64,000 bases of DNA from Paraspadella gotoi (taxonomy: Eukaryota; Animalia; Chaetognatha): positions 10,577,832 through 10,641,831 of the forward strand of contig CM119264.1 of the NCBI GenBank assembly GCA_051294375.1. Direction: 5' to 3'. Positions 1-14,700 of the stretch are shown in pieces (positions within the stretch are counted from its first letter, which is position 1; the number at the start of each line of letters is the position of its first letter). The translations under genes were made by a program, and so were the position numbers. Below the pieces are notes generated by a model. That model did no database searches. It worked only from the letters and a program-made list of their open reading frames with translations, and was not told where the DNA came from.

Positions 1-3000
1 AAAATCGCGCGCTCTAGATCTATACAAGAAGTACGCAGAGGACGCTCAGCCTGCCCTGTGACGAAAAGAAAATCCTTCAAAACAAAAAATTGTGTTAAGC
101 TTTTTTTTAATTGCGTTTTAGTTACAAGCAGAAAACTCAAAGTTCTTGTCTTGCTTTCGTTCTACTCAAAACATCCTCTCAATCTGTTCTCTTTCCCATT
201 TCGCGTCATCCGATTCATTGACATTTTAGACGCATAGTGATTAAAAATTGGACATGTTCTTGAGACTACTAGCTATCTAACGTTAGCATTTCCGCAGCAG
301 CGCGTGCATTTTGATTTAAAAAAGTTACAATTTAACTTAAAAACAGAAACAAATATGAAGGAGAAAGCACAAAGAGTCAGAAAATAAAAAATCAGGGAAA
401 TTGCTCTTAATAAAAAGTCAAGAAAGCGAGGCACGCCCGTACGATCATCAAGAGTTGCCATAGGCCACGCTTGATCGGTGATCCAGGAATGACATTGAGT
501 CCTCCTTTCTATTTTCCTGAGACCTATTCGATGTTTCTGGCGTCTTGCCAAATATTTTCGCCCATTTTCGCCTAGTGAGAAAGCGAAATCTCCTTTATCT
601 TTTTCTTGGTACACATATTCTTCGTGGTCCTATTTGTCATTATCTTTTCTATCTTTCTTGGAAATAACGCTATTTGGCAAAAAAAAACTTTGCTCCGTTC
701 AACGGGCCTACGTTAAAGGCGACAATGCTTCACCAAAGGGCTACCACAAAATTCTTCAAAACTTAATACGCCAGGGCGATACCTCTACAGTCTATTTGTT
801 GTAATGAACTGACTGAAAAGTTCCGTTGCGGCATGACTCAGGTCAACGAGCAGTCCGGTGGATATAGAAAGAGAACAAGGGCGAGATGGAGAGAGTACGG
901 CATGCTCTCATGATGTTTGAACTCACATACTAAGAGAATCAAGTGAATACCATCTGGCAGTAAATCTAGGAGGGACGTATTCGACTCGCACGAGCTTGGT
1001 CACCATGTGTAGCTATTTGTTTGAATCATATTAAATTAAAAACTACTAATAATAGGTGATAACGAGATGTGAACGCGATTGGAAGTTAAAGAAATATACC
1101 TTTCGAGTGTGTGTCGTTACAAATAGAACTAGGTCATATTAAGTATTTAACTGAGCTGCTCGACGATCCCCGTTTCTCTCCGTCGACATGGCTTTCTCAC
1201 AGCTTGCATCCATCAACAAAAAAATATCCGAGCCGAGCCATCTTCTCTTTCTAATTATAGCTCTTTTTTTTCTACGTTTAGTTCTATTAGTCTATTTTAC
1301 GTCTCCTATGTTCGATGACACCAAAAAAAAAGAATGATACACGTTTTTACAATCCCTATCAAGCTGCACGGTTAAATTGGTCGCGAGTTATTCCGTGCTA
1401 CTATATCTCATCTCTTTGTCTCTACATCTCTACATCACTCTTTTATTTTCGATACATACATATGAGACGCATTTCTCATCGATCTCTTGTCGTCTCTCCT
1501 CCAATTCAACATAACTCTCTTCATCTCCTAAGTTCTCAATCTCATCTATTGCAAATCCGATGGCCAGCCATGTTCCAAGAGCGATAACAACCCCGAATAA
1601 TACACACACACACTAAAAATTGATGAACACTACATCCATTTCAATCTTGTCTACACGGTTTATCTGAGCCAGATTTCGCCTTGTATTTTGAATGCTTACA
1701 TAATTGGTATGTGGCGCCTGGTTATTAATTAGATAATATATATACTTCGATTCCATCCGAATAATCAAATTTTAGTGATTACGTCTTGTTATATATTGGC
1801 GTTTTTCACTCTAGTCGCATCTGCGCCCATTCGCCTAATATCGCCAGTGTCTGTTGGTAGTTAACGCTCGGTCGAGGTTACTTTTTTTAAGAAGAGGCAT
1901 CCTTGGTCTCCGCTAGTAGGTTTTAATTGAGAAGAGGGCCGGATCGGGCGCTTGCGAACTTCAGAGGGTGCCTTTTTCCCACGAGCACTTTGTATGTTTG
2001 AAGGACGCTCTTATACCTATTGTATAAGTGTTTAACGCGATAACGGGTCTTTTATCATACTCTCTCATGGATGGAAAAGTGATTGGTCTCCCTGGACTAT
2101 TTAAAATATTTCAGTTGACCGCTAGTCACGTTAGTTATCGTCATGCGTGATCTATGTGGGGCGGTCAGTTACATTTCACACGTCGTCTTCACCACTTGTT
2201 GTTGAGGCCACGCTTCTATCTACTCGTTGACACGTCATTTCGTTTTTTTTCTAAGTCCGTTACAGTTTGCCTAAAGAAAAGGGAAACCAGAAGTCCGATT
2301 CGGCTCTCCAAAAGGAACAAGTGATGGGGAACCACCACCCTATTCCGCTAAAAAGTAAGACGGATATGTTGTTTTAGCATTTCACAACTAAGATGTGCCT
2401 ATATTGTTATATCACGTATCGAGACTAAGCGACGTTTCCTCTCTCTTAGCTTACGTGCGTTTGTGGCGCATCGAGAGTCCGCAGATCGTGCAGCCTCCGT
2501 CGCGTCGTCGTCGTTGGCGCAGAGAAACACGATACGTAAGAGATAAGCATTTGATTAGAGAGAAAAGTCCGGTGCGCAACACCGAAGGAATGGAGAAAAC
2601 AGGAAGACCTCAATCCGAGAAATTCGAAATGTTAAAGACAACAATTTCGGTTGGCGAGAAAATATGGCTAGAGTCTGTGCAGGTGATGCTTATCACGCTC
2701 ATACTATATTTATTAAGAGTCAATATTATACTATAGCTATGTGTATTAAGAAGTATGGCCTAAAAGAACACAAACAATCTAAACAAATAGTAACTCGAAG
2801 TCCTTTAGCGAGATTCTGGTGTGTCTTTTCGATCTTAAATTTGCGTCATATTCGATGGACAATGGTCAACTGTGGACTCGACCTATAGCCGGTACATTGA
2901 TTGTCACCCTCATCTTATAATGAGATAGACACGAGTAGAAGGAACTAGCAAGCTAGAGATTCTTCACAAGAATCTCCAGATAACCGGTATTTATTTCGCG

Positions 3001-6000
3001 TTTCACGTAAAAGTATATTCATAAAAGGTGAGAGATGTGATCCGTATCCACTGAGTGAGTGTGTGTGATGAACTCCTATTACTTGAACATATAAATGAAT
3101 TGGGACCATAACAATAGCGTTCTTGTGGCACAATCGGCGGAATATAGTGTCTTTGGGACTCTCGACGCGCAATGGCTCGCTCACGATCGCTACGATAACT
3201 CGAGCTGTTCAGAAAAAAAAGAACCAGCACGGCACAGGAACCCGATCACAAGTTTACGTAGCGCGACGTTCCGACATATTTCATCTGCAAAGTCGAGGCA
3301 CACGATGAAAGTGCTGCAAGATTAAATACATGCGGCGCTTCGCATCACGACGCCGCTCGCTCGTTCCCCGAATATCAGCATCACTACATCACACATACTG
3401 GAGGAAGAGAGGAGGAAATGGGAGGGCGGAGGTATAGACTATGCTTGTTGATTGAGAGTAGTATGATGAGTTTGAGATTGTTATGAAGTTCAAGACTGTC
3501 ACGATCATTTTTATCGAGAGAGAGTGGCATCCGAGAGAGAGAGAGAAGAGGAGAGAGAGTTAGAAGTAAGTCATGCAGAGGATGATGAGCATGCGTCAAA
3601 GTAATACCCGGTATGATTCGCGAGCAAGTGGTAGGTATCTGATTCTTGATTGACAGCAGATCATTGAAAGCTCGTCGCCGAGCGGTTGAAGAAAGATTGC
3701 GCGAAACAGAGAAAAAAAATAGGAGAAAGCCGTTTCAAATTATATATTAAAAACATTTTAATATATATTAAAGTATTAACGCTTTCTTGTTTAGGGGCTA
3801 ACCCGAAAAAAGCAAGGGTGGGTGGTGAGTGCGGAAAAGAGATACCGAGACTTGTAAATTTCTATGGCACTTTGAAAAAAAATTTTCAAACGCGGGAAAA
3901 ATTCGGCGTGCCGCTGACAGTGAAAAAAAAAAAAAAGAAGATTGTCGCGACGGTTTGGGAAAAAGCGGAAAGCGAAAAAGTCGGCGCGCTCGCGGACTCG
4001 ACGAGAAAACGCGCGAAGATCAAACTGGGGAAATCAACGCCGTGACCTCGTCCGATGACTGACACGCCATACTGACGTCGGGGTGGCGTCTTGCGCGAGT
4101 GAGCGTTGCGCCTTTTGCGACGACGCACGGTGCGTCGTGCGCTTCGCCAACTGGGGAGACTGTCTTCTGGACGTTGGACACTGAGCCGTTTTTGGCGCCT
4201 TTGGAGGCACACTCCCGAGTCGAGTTTTGCGGCGTTGGACATTCTTCTCTTGAGCGTTTTGGGCGTGGAAAACTGGCGTTCTTGGCGTTGGCAACCCTGA
4301 GGCGTTGCGCTGTGGACCGAGAGAGTTCTTTGCGGAGTCGGCGAAGGCTTTAGAAATACGGGCTGCGTGGTGGACTCCTTGGGACCGCATCCCGGTGACA
4401 AAAAGACGTATTGTAGCGTTTTTGTCTAACAACTCGTCGCACGGGTGGCTTATACTTTTTGACCATACAGTGATTATTTTCCTATTGGCGAACGTGAAGC
4501 TAGTGAGTTGGTCCGCTACAGCCGTTATCTCAGCAGTGGCCCTGTTAAAAGCCTAAAGGACTTGTCTGTGGCCCGGTAGAGATGTAGCTTCTGTATGTCG
4601 ATTAGAGAATCGATTTGGATTTGTTGTTCTTTCAATGCTGCTGTAGAATGCTTCGCAAAATGAATCATCCCGGCTGTTTACGTCTACGGGGCGCGGATCA
4701 ATTTTGAAATTATAGGAGAATCAAAGTACTAATAAAACTTGTGTCTCTTTCTGGCATCATAGGGTGATAAAAGAAAGTGAGTAGAAGGGTTGGGAGTGTA
4801 GAAGGGAAACGTTTGAGAATTATAATTGCATCAGACCGGCCATCGTAGCAAATTAAGTTTTTCGAATTGACTAAAAGACTGAGCGCGTATTTTACCATGT
4901 ATTGTTCATACACTGCTCCGATGTACCTGGGCCTGAATAGCCGAAGATAAGCTCGAGCGCACAGGTATGTAACGACGTCAAATGGATACATCAGATACCT
5001 TGAGCTCTCGAGGTAGGAATATGATGGAGTGTCCATGTATATATATGTAAGGTTGATAGATATAGAAGTATTGGAAGGAATAGAAATGAGATCAGAGTTT
5101 TTCAGATATCCTCAAAGATTCTGGTATCGAGCAGTGAGGAAGGAAACCGAATGGAAATTTGCATTGACGTAGACGAAGAAAATTGGCATTACCTTCTAAG
5201 TGTGAGACAGGCTAGTTTGAGGAGTTTTACTCGAGAAGGCATTCTTGAAGTCTAATTAGAACACCAATTGCACGTACCGTATAAAATGATATATATGAAA
5301 CAATGATTAAATGATTTTATATAGGACGAGTTAGGACGACAGAGTGCTAATAAAGCAAAATAATATGCGTAAATCTGGGGAAATATTTTTAATTTAACAT
5401 TATTATAAATATCTCTATTCGATAGAAGCATATAGCTTAACAAAGATGTGATAATCTAATAACAATAAAATGGACATGAGGGTATCCAGTTCGTAGGTAA
5501 GTGCGACTGGGGTTAAGTTAATTCGATGAGCAATGAACATTTCTTCCATTTGAGCAATCAATGACAGTCCACGGTATTGAGAGAGACCGGTGTTATTGTA
5601 GTTTTCGAGACGCTGAGAGCCAATACGCGCACTCGCAGTTGCCACTTAGCCGTATATATAATATACTTTCAGATAAAATTATCGCATCCTTTGTCATTCG
5701 GAAGTCTCAAGATTTGCCTGGCTTGTAAACATAGTGAGCTTCGTATAGCCTTGCGACCACTCGCAGTTGGCAGCTTTCATGAACTGTCTTTTAAACTCTC
5801 GTCATCTTCCTGTAAAATCATATCTCGTTGAGGAAATTCATCCTGACCGCACCACAACAAACGTTAATTTTTATGGTTGAGCAGAAAAACTGCTTCTCGC
5901 ATCTGGAGCCTCAGCCTTCGTCGTTGCAGGCATCATTTCGAAATCATTCAGCCTAACTGGGCCGTAGTTCCATACGTCGTCGCTCGCCGTCCGTGATCAT

Positions 6001-7713
6001 CGATCGATCACGCAGGTCTCCCAGCCCACGTCTCTCGTCTCGTCTCTTCCGTCGTCTTGTTCTCTTCTCTTTCGCTCGACGAAAATTTTCGCTTGCAAAT
6101 TCATTTATTCCACGACGTTAGAAAGCAGGAGTACCGTTTACTTCGAGCTCGTGCCATTCGTCTGACCCGCGATCTCTTTGCCTGGCTCTCGCATCAATGC
6201 CTCCGCTCTTCATCGGCAAGAGTTATTAGAATCCATTAGGTCGCTGCTGTTTATTCAATCTGTGCGTAAATCATTCAGGGTCTGTTCGTCGTGCTTCTTG
6301 TCGCTCGTCATGTCTGATCCTAAAGCTGTTCCGCGCTCTGCTCGCGATAAAATTGAATATCTATAATGTAAATCTCTAATGCCATGTAGTTTGGCATTCA
6401 CACTGTCAGAGGTTAGCTTCAAGTCAGAAATAGCGCTAAGTTTTAACTAATTAATCTTATGTTAACGATAACTTGATTGATAAATTGTGACCTAATTCTT
6501 TATAATCACCCTAGAGTGTATGCTCCGTTCGCAACGAGGTCAGGCTGCGCACAGAAACGACTACTTGATAACTTTACGATATAGATTAATTAAATGAGAG
6601 TAATTTTCTAGTTGTAGCAACGAACTCTCCCCTCATGTAGGAGGAGAGCAAATTCTACTATGAGGTTGTCACGCACAAACATTCTCCATATTTAATGATC
6701 ATAGACGCGCTCTCTTCAGTCACTCGTCCTTCCTCGCAGTCTATCCCCGACTTATTCTAAAAATTGATACAAGTCATTTACAATTAATTATCCATCAATA
6801 ACATACGATTAATATTAAATTACTGACTTATACGAGGATTGCTCTGCCTTCTCTGGCCATCACCAAAGAATGATAGCGTCAAACGAGTCGAGCCGCGATC
6901 TCGCACGACACCAAAGCATATTTGACTAGGACTCGTAATATCGCTAGAATCTACGTAACATAAGGCGAAGTTTGAAGTGGAGTTCATGATTGAGTTAGTA
7001 TGCAATGTTTTTTTATTGATATAATTATTGTGTAACAACTTCATCATTGTGTAAGGAGTAAGTGTTTAGAACGTTGGTACGTGATGATGATGCAGCTAGT
7101 TGCAGAATGGTAGAAAGTTAGATTGAGTGTTAGGAGTAGATCAGGTCTTAAGCGTTAAGTCAGCAAACTCGTTCAGTGAGTATTATCGCTTTCTTACGTC
7201 AGATACGAATCTAAAATTAGCTACGATAGGGAGAGTGCAGAGCGTTGAAACAGATGGAGGAGAGAGCGTCGGACGGACTACGACGTACGGACGACGGACC
7301 TGACCACTGACTTTCACAGGCCAAAAGCGACAGTTGTACCTGCTCTAACTGCTTCTCTCATTTCTTAAAATCTCCATTTTCATTCTTTAACTTTTTCATA
7401 CGAATTTTTCTCATCCACTATTATAAAACTCATAAAAAATACAAGGAAAAAAATTGGAATCGAGAATCGAGTGAATATTTTCATACNNNNNNNNNNNNNN
7501 NNNNNNNNNNNCCCAATTTGATTACTCCCTCCCCTCTCAATCCGCCCGCCGTCTGTCGTAGTGACTTCCTTCGTATCTCAACTCGAATTTTTGCTCTTTC
7601 TTAAATCCAGACCTTGGTTTCCCTCTCATCGATAATTCTCTCTCTCTCTCTTCCTCATCCTCTCTCTCTTCCTCTCTCTCCTCTCCTGCTCTCTCTTCTC
7701 GCTCTCTCTCTCG

Positions 7714-7768
<55 letters not shown>

Positions 7769-7873
7769 CTCTTCTCTCTCTCCTTCTCTCTCTTCTCTTC
7801 TCTGTCTCTCTCTCTCTCTCTCCCTCTCTCTCTCCCACTCCTCCCTTTCTCATCGCCTCCCAATTAAATCCAC

Positions 7874-8773
7874 CCATTCCACGTCCGCCCTCGCTCCCTC
7901 CAGCCCTTCCTCGTCCTTCGGGTCGATGGAATCGGGCATCAAGGTCTCGACTTCGAGGTCCACCCCTTTCACGGACATCGTATGAAAATATTCCACTCGA
8001 TTCTCGATCCAATTTTTTTCCTTGTATTTTTTATGAGTTTAAATAGTGGATGAGAAAAATTCGTTGAAAAAGTAAAGAATGAAGAATGAGATTTTAAGAA
8101 ATGAGAGAAGCAGTAGAGAGGTTACAACGTCGCTTTTGGCTGTGAAAGTCAGTTGGTCGGTCCGTCCGTCCGTACGTCCGTCCGTCCGTCCGTCCGTCCG
8201 TCCGTCCGACCCACCTTAGCATTACAATTACCACTGCAACTAGCATAATGACCAAAGTTAAAAAAAAAATGATGAATTGTACAATAAATAGTATTAAATA
8301 AAAAAACATTGCAAGAATAATCATAACTCATCGCCTTAGTAGCTAATTAGTAATTACCGCTCAATAGTTGTGTGCAGATCCGCCATCGTTTGCTCTATCT
8401 TTTTTCTCCTCTTTATAATTTATTTATTATTTATATATTTATTGATATTTATATTTTAAATAGTGATGCTCCCTTAACCTTCTATGTCTTAAATGTTGTT
8501 CTCACAGAATTTCTCTCCTCCTCAAGGCTTCCCGGAAAATTCCCATTTTTATCATCGAAGATCAAGTTGTTGAGGCCGAGCGACAATACAACTTATAAAA
8601 ACTATAAATTCGGTTTTAGATTTATAACTTGGCTTTTTGACTTGAAGCTCCGCGGGAGACTCGGATTTCGTAAAGACATTTTTGCGGAGAAGCGGGACGA
8701 CGACGACGACGACAAGGACGACGACGAGGACGACGACGATGACGACATTATACTCTCGGCTTTGCGACCGCAA
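7874..8773 (-). CDS. Partial spliced gene of unknown function (exons ~8773-8629, 8591-8506, 8020-7874)
   Basis: Phase-consistent GT-AG introns 8628-8592 (37 nt) and 8505-8021 give ...VVIVVVLVVVLVVVVVVPLLRKNVFTKSESPAELQVKKP-IVLSLGLNNLIFDDKNGNFPGSLEEERNS-EKNWIENRVEYFHTMSVKGVDLEVETLMPDSIDPKDEEGLEGARADVEW. No family recognised. Confidence 0.4.
8150..8212. repeat. (GTCC)n microsatellite, possibly part of a DINE/HINE-like element
   Basis: ggtcggtccgtccgtccgtacgtccgtccgtcc... seen directly. Confidence 0.7.
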
Positions 8774-11700
8774 AGTCGCGGGTTCGATGCCGAGGCTCGA
8801 TAACGTCTCCCTGCTTCTAACGTCTGAATAAATGATTTGNNNNNNNNNNNNNNNNNNNNNNNNNGTATGAAAATATTCACTCGATTCTCGATTCCAATTT
8901 TTTTCCTTGTATTTTTTATGAGTTTTATAATAGTGGATGAGAAAAATTCGTATGAAAAAGTTAAAGAATGAAAATGGAGATTTTAAGAAATGAGAGAAGC
9001 AGTTAGAGCAGGTACAACTGTCGCTTTTGGCCTGTGAAAGTCAGTGGTCAGGTCCGTCGTCCGTACGTCGTAGTCCGTCCGACGCTCTCTCCTCCATCTG
9101 TTTCAACGCTCTGCACTCTCCCTATCGTAGCTAATTTTAGATTCGTATCTGACGTAAGAAAGCGATAATACTCACTGAACGAGTTTGCTGACTTAACGCT
9201 TAAGACCTGATCTACTCCTAACACTCAATCTAACTTTCTACCATTCTGCAACTAGCTGCATCATCATCACGTACCAACGTTCTAAACACTTACTCCTTAC
9301 ACAATGATGAAGTTGTTACACAATAATTATATCAATAAAAAAACATTGCATACTAACTCAATCATGAACTCCACTTCAAACTTCGCCTTATGTTACGTAG
9401 ATTCTAGCGATATTACGAGTCCTAGTCAAATATGCTTTGGTGTCGTGCGAGATCGCGGCTCGACTCGTTTGACGCTATCATTCTTTGGTGATGGCCAGAG
9501 AAGGCAGAGCAATCCTCGTATAAGTCAGTAATTTAATATTAATCGTATGTTATTGATGGATAATTAATTGTAAATGACTTGTATCAATTTTTAGAATAAG
9601 TCGGGGATAGACTGCGAGGAAGGACGAGTGACTGAAGAGAGCGCGTCTATGATCATTAAATATGGAGAATGTTTGTGCGTGACAACCTCATAGTAGAATT
9701 TGCTCTCCTCCTACATGAGGGGAGAGTTCGTTGCTACAACTAGAAAATTACTCTCATTTAATTAATCTATATCGTAAAGTTATCAAGTAGTCGTTTCTGT
9801 GCGCAGCCTGACCTCGTTGCGAACGGAGCATACACTCTAGGGTGATTATAAAGAATTAGGTCACAATTTATCAATCAAGTTATCGTTAACATAAGATTAA
9901 TTAGTTAAAACTTAGCGCTATTTCTGACTTGAAGCTAACCTCTGACAGTGTGAATGCCAAACTACATGGCATTAGAGATTTACATTATAGATATTCAATT
10001 TTATCGCGAGCAGAGCGCGGAACAGCTTTAGGATCAGACATGACGAGCGACAAGAAGCACGACGAACAGACCCTGAATGATTTACGCACAGATTGAATAA
10101 ACAGCAGCGACCTAATGGATTCTAATAACTCTTGCCGATGAAGAGCGGAGGCATTGATGCGAGAGCCAGGCAAAGAGATCGCGGGTCAGACGAATGGCAC
10201 GAGCTCGAAGTAAACGGTACTCCTGCTTTCTAACGTCGTGGAATAAATGAATTTGCAAGCGAAAATTTTCGTCGAGCGAAAGAGAAGAGAACAAGACGAC
10301 GGAAGAGACGAGACGAGAGACGTGGGCTGGGAGACCTGCGTGATCGATCGATGATCACGGACGGCGAGCGACGACGTATGGAACTACGGCCCAGTTAGGC
10401 TGAATGATTTCGAAATGATGCCTGCAACGACGAAGGCTGAGGCTCCAGATGCGAGAAGCAGTTTTTCTGCTCAACCATAAAAATTAACGTTTGTTGTGGT
10501 GCGGTCAGGATGAATTTCCTCAACGAGATATGATTTTACAGGAAGATGACGAGAGTTTAAAAGACAGTTCATGAAAGCTGCCAACTGCGAGTGGTCGCAA
10601 GGCTATACGAAGCTCACTATGTTTACAAGCCAGGCAAATCTTGAGACTTCCGAATGACAAAGGATGCGATAATTTTATCTGAAAGTATATTATATATACG
10701 GCTAAGTGGCAACTGCGAGTGCGCGTATTGGCTCTCAGCGTCTCGAAAACTACAATAACACCGGTCTCTCTCAATACCGTGGACTGTCATTGATTGCTCA
10801 AATGGAAGAAATGTTCATTGCTCATCGAATTAACTTAACCCCAGTCGCACTTACCTACGAACTGGATACCCTCATGTCCATTTTATTGTTATTAGATTAT
10901 CACATCTTTGTTAAGCTATATGCTTCTATCGAATAGAGATATTTATAATAATGTTAAATTAAAAATATTTCCCCAGATTTACGCATATTATTTTGCTTTA
11001 TTAGCACTCTGTCGTCCTAACTCGTCCTATATAAAATCATTTAATCATTGTTTCATATATATCATTTTATACGGTACGTGCAATTGGTGTTCTAATTAGA
11101 CTTCAAGAATGCCTTCTCGAGTAAAACTCCTCAAACTAGCCTGTCTCACACTTAGAAGGTAATGCCAATTTTCTTCGTCTACGTCAATGCAAATTTCCAT
11201 TCGGTTTCCTTCCTCACTGCTCGATACCAGAATCTTTGAGGATATCTGAAAAACTCTGATCTCATTTCTATTCCTTCCAATACTTCTATATCTATCAACC
11301 TTACATATATATACATGGACACTCCATCATATTCCTACCTCGAGAGCTCAAGGTATCTGATGTATCCATTTGACGTCGTTACATACCTGTGCGCTCGAGC
11401 TTATCTTCGGCTATTCAGGCCCAGGTACATCGGAGCAGTGTATGAACAATACATGGTAAAATACGCGCTCAGTCTTTTAGTCAATTCGAAAAACTTAATT
11501 TGCTACGATGGCCGGTCTGATGCAATTATAATTCTCAAACGTTTCCCTTCTACACTCCCAACCCTTCTACTCACTTTCTTTTATCACCCTATGATGCCAG
11601 AAAGAGACACAAGTTTTATTAGTACTTTGATTCTCCTATAATTTCAAAATTGATCCGCGCCCCGTAGACGTAAACAGCCGGGATGATTCATTTTGCGAAG

Positions 11701-14700
11701 CATTCTACAGCAGCATTGAAAGAACAACAAATCCAAATCGATTCTCTAATCGACATACAGAAGCTACATCTCTACCGGGCCACAGACAAGTCCTTTAGGC
11801 TTTTAACAGGGCCACTGCTGAGATAACGGCTGTAGCGGACCAACTCACTAGCTTCACGTTCGCCAATAGGAAAATAATCACTGTATGGTCAAAAAGTATA
11901 AGCCACCCGTGCGACGAGTTGTTAGACAAAAACGCTACAATACGTCTTTTTGTCACCGGGATGCGGTCCCAAGGAGTCCACCACGCAGCCCGTATTTCTA
12001 AAGCCTTCGCCGACTCCGCAAAGAACTCTCTCGGTCCACAGCGCAACGCCTCAGGGTTGCCAACGCCAAGAACGCCAGTTTTCCACGCCCAAAACGCTCA
12101 AGAGAAGAATGTCCAACGCCGCAAAACTCGACTCGGGAGTGTGCCTCCAAAGGCGCCAAAAACGGCTCAGTGTCCAACGTCCAGAAGACAGTCTCCCCAG
12201 TTGGCGAAGCGCACGACGCACCGTGCGTCGTCGCAAAAGGCGCAACGCTCACTCGCGCAAGACGCCACCCCGACGTCAGTATGGCGTGTCAGTCATCGGA
12301 CGAGGTCACGGCGTTGATTTCCCCAGTTTGATCTTCGCGCGTTTTCTCGTCGAGTCCGCGAGCGCGCCGACTTTTTCGCTTTCCGCTTTTTCCCAAACCG
12401 TCGCGACAATCTTCTTTTTTTTTTTTTTCACTGTCAGCGGCACGCCGAATTTTTCCCGCGTTTGAAAATTTTTTTTCAAAGTGCCATAGAAATTTACAAG
12501 TCTCGGTATCTCTTTTCCGCACTCACCACCCACCCTTGCTTTTTTCGGGTTAGCCCCTAAACAAGAAAGCGTTAATACTTTAATATATATTAAAATGTTT
12601 TTAATATATAATTTGAAACGGCTTTCTCCTATTTTTTTTCTCTGTTTCGCGCAATCTTTCTTCAACCGCTCGGCGACGAGCTTTCAATGATCTGCTGTCA
12701 ATCAAGAATCAGATACCTACCACTTGCTCGCGAATCATACCGGGTATTACTTTGACGCATGCTCATCATCCTCTGCATGACTTACTTCTAACTCTCTCTC
12801 CTCTTCTCTCTCTCTCTCGGATGCCACTCTCTCTCGATAAAAATGATCGTGACAGTCTTGAACTTCATAACAATCTCAAACTCATCATACTACTCTCAAT
12901 CAACAAGCATAGTCTATACCTCCGCCCTCCCATTTCCTCCTCTCTTCCTCCAGTATGTGTGATGTAGTGATGCTGATATTCGGGGAACGAGCGAGCGGCG
13001 TCGTGATGCGAAGCGCCGCATGTATTTAATCTTGCAGCACTTTCATCGTGTGCCTCGACTTTGCAGATGAAATATGTCGGAACGTCGCGCTACGTAAACT
13101 TGTGATCGGGTTCCTGTGCCGTGCTGGTTCTTTTTTTTCTGAACAGCTCGAGTTATCGTAGCGATCGTGAGCGAGCCATTGCGCGTCGAGAGTCCCAAAG
13201 ACACTATATTCCGCCGATTGTGCCACAAGAACGCTATTGTTATGGTCCCAATTCATTTATATGTTCAAGTAATAGGAGTTCATCACACACACTCACTCAG
13301 TGGATACGGATCACATCTCTCACCTTTTATGAATATACTTTTACGTGAAACGCGAAATAAATACCGGTTATCTGGAGATTCTTGTGAAGAATCTCTAGCT
13401 TGCTAGTTCCTTCTACTCGTGTCTATCTCATTATAAGATGAGGGTGACAATCAATGTACCGGCTATAGGTCGAGTCCACAGTTGACCATTGTCCATCGAA
13501 TATGACGCAAATTTAAGATCGAAAAGACACACCAGAATCTCGCTAAAGGACTTCGAGTTACTATTTGTTTAGATTGTTTGTGTTCTTTTAGGCCATACTT
13601 CTTAATACACATAGCTATAGTATAATATTGACTCTTAATAAATATAGTATGAGCGTGATAAGCATCACCTGCACAGACTCTAGCCATATTTTCTCGCCAA
13701 CCGAAATTGTTGTCTTTAACATTTCGAATTTCTCGGATTGAGGTCTTCCTGTTTTCTCCATTCCTTCGGTGTTGCGCACCGGACTTTTCTCTCTAATCAA
13801 ATGCTTATCTCTTACGTATCGTGTTTCTCTGCGCCAACGACGACGACGCGACGGAGGCTGCACGATCTGCGGACTCTCGATGCGCCACAAACGCACGTAA
13901 GCTAAGAGAGAGGAAACGTCGCTTAGTCTCGATACGTGATATAACAATATAGGCACATCTTAGTTGTGAAATGCTAAAACAACATATCCGTCTTACTTTT
14001 TAGCGGAATAGGGTGGTGGTTCCCCATCACTTGTTCCTTTTGGAGAGCCGAATCGGACTTCTGGTTTCCCTTTTCTTTAGGCAAACTGTAACGGACTTAG
14101 AAAAAAAACGAAATGACGTGTCAACGAGTAGATAGAAGCGTGGCCTCAACAACAAGTGGTGAAGACGACGTGTGAAATGTAACTGACCGCCCCACATAGA
14201 TCACGCATGACGATAACTAACGTGACTAGCGGTCAACTGAAATATTTTAAATAGTCCAGGGAGACCAATCACTTTTCCATCCATGAGAGAGTATGATAAA
14301 AGACCCGTTATCGCGTTAAACACTTATACAATAGGTATAAGAGCGTCCTTCAAACATACAAAGTGCTCGTGGGAAAAAGGCACCCTCTGAAGTTCGCAAG
14401 CGCCCGATCCGGCCCTCTTCTCAATTAAAACCTACTAGCGGAGACCAAGGATGCCTCTTCTTAAAAAAAGTAACCTCGACCGAGCGTTAACTACCAACAG
14501 ACACTGGCGATATTAGGCGAATGGGCGCAGATGCGACTAGAGTGAAAAACGCCAATATATAACAAGACGTAATCACTAAAATTTGATTATTCGGATGGAA
14601 TCGAAGTATATATATTATCTAATTAATAACCAGGCGCCACATACCAATTATGTAAGCATTCAAAATACAAGGCGAAATCTGGCTCAGATAAACCGTGTAG

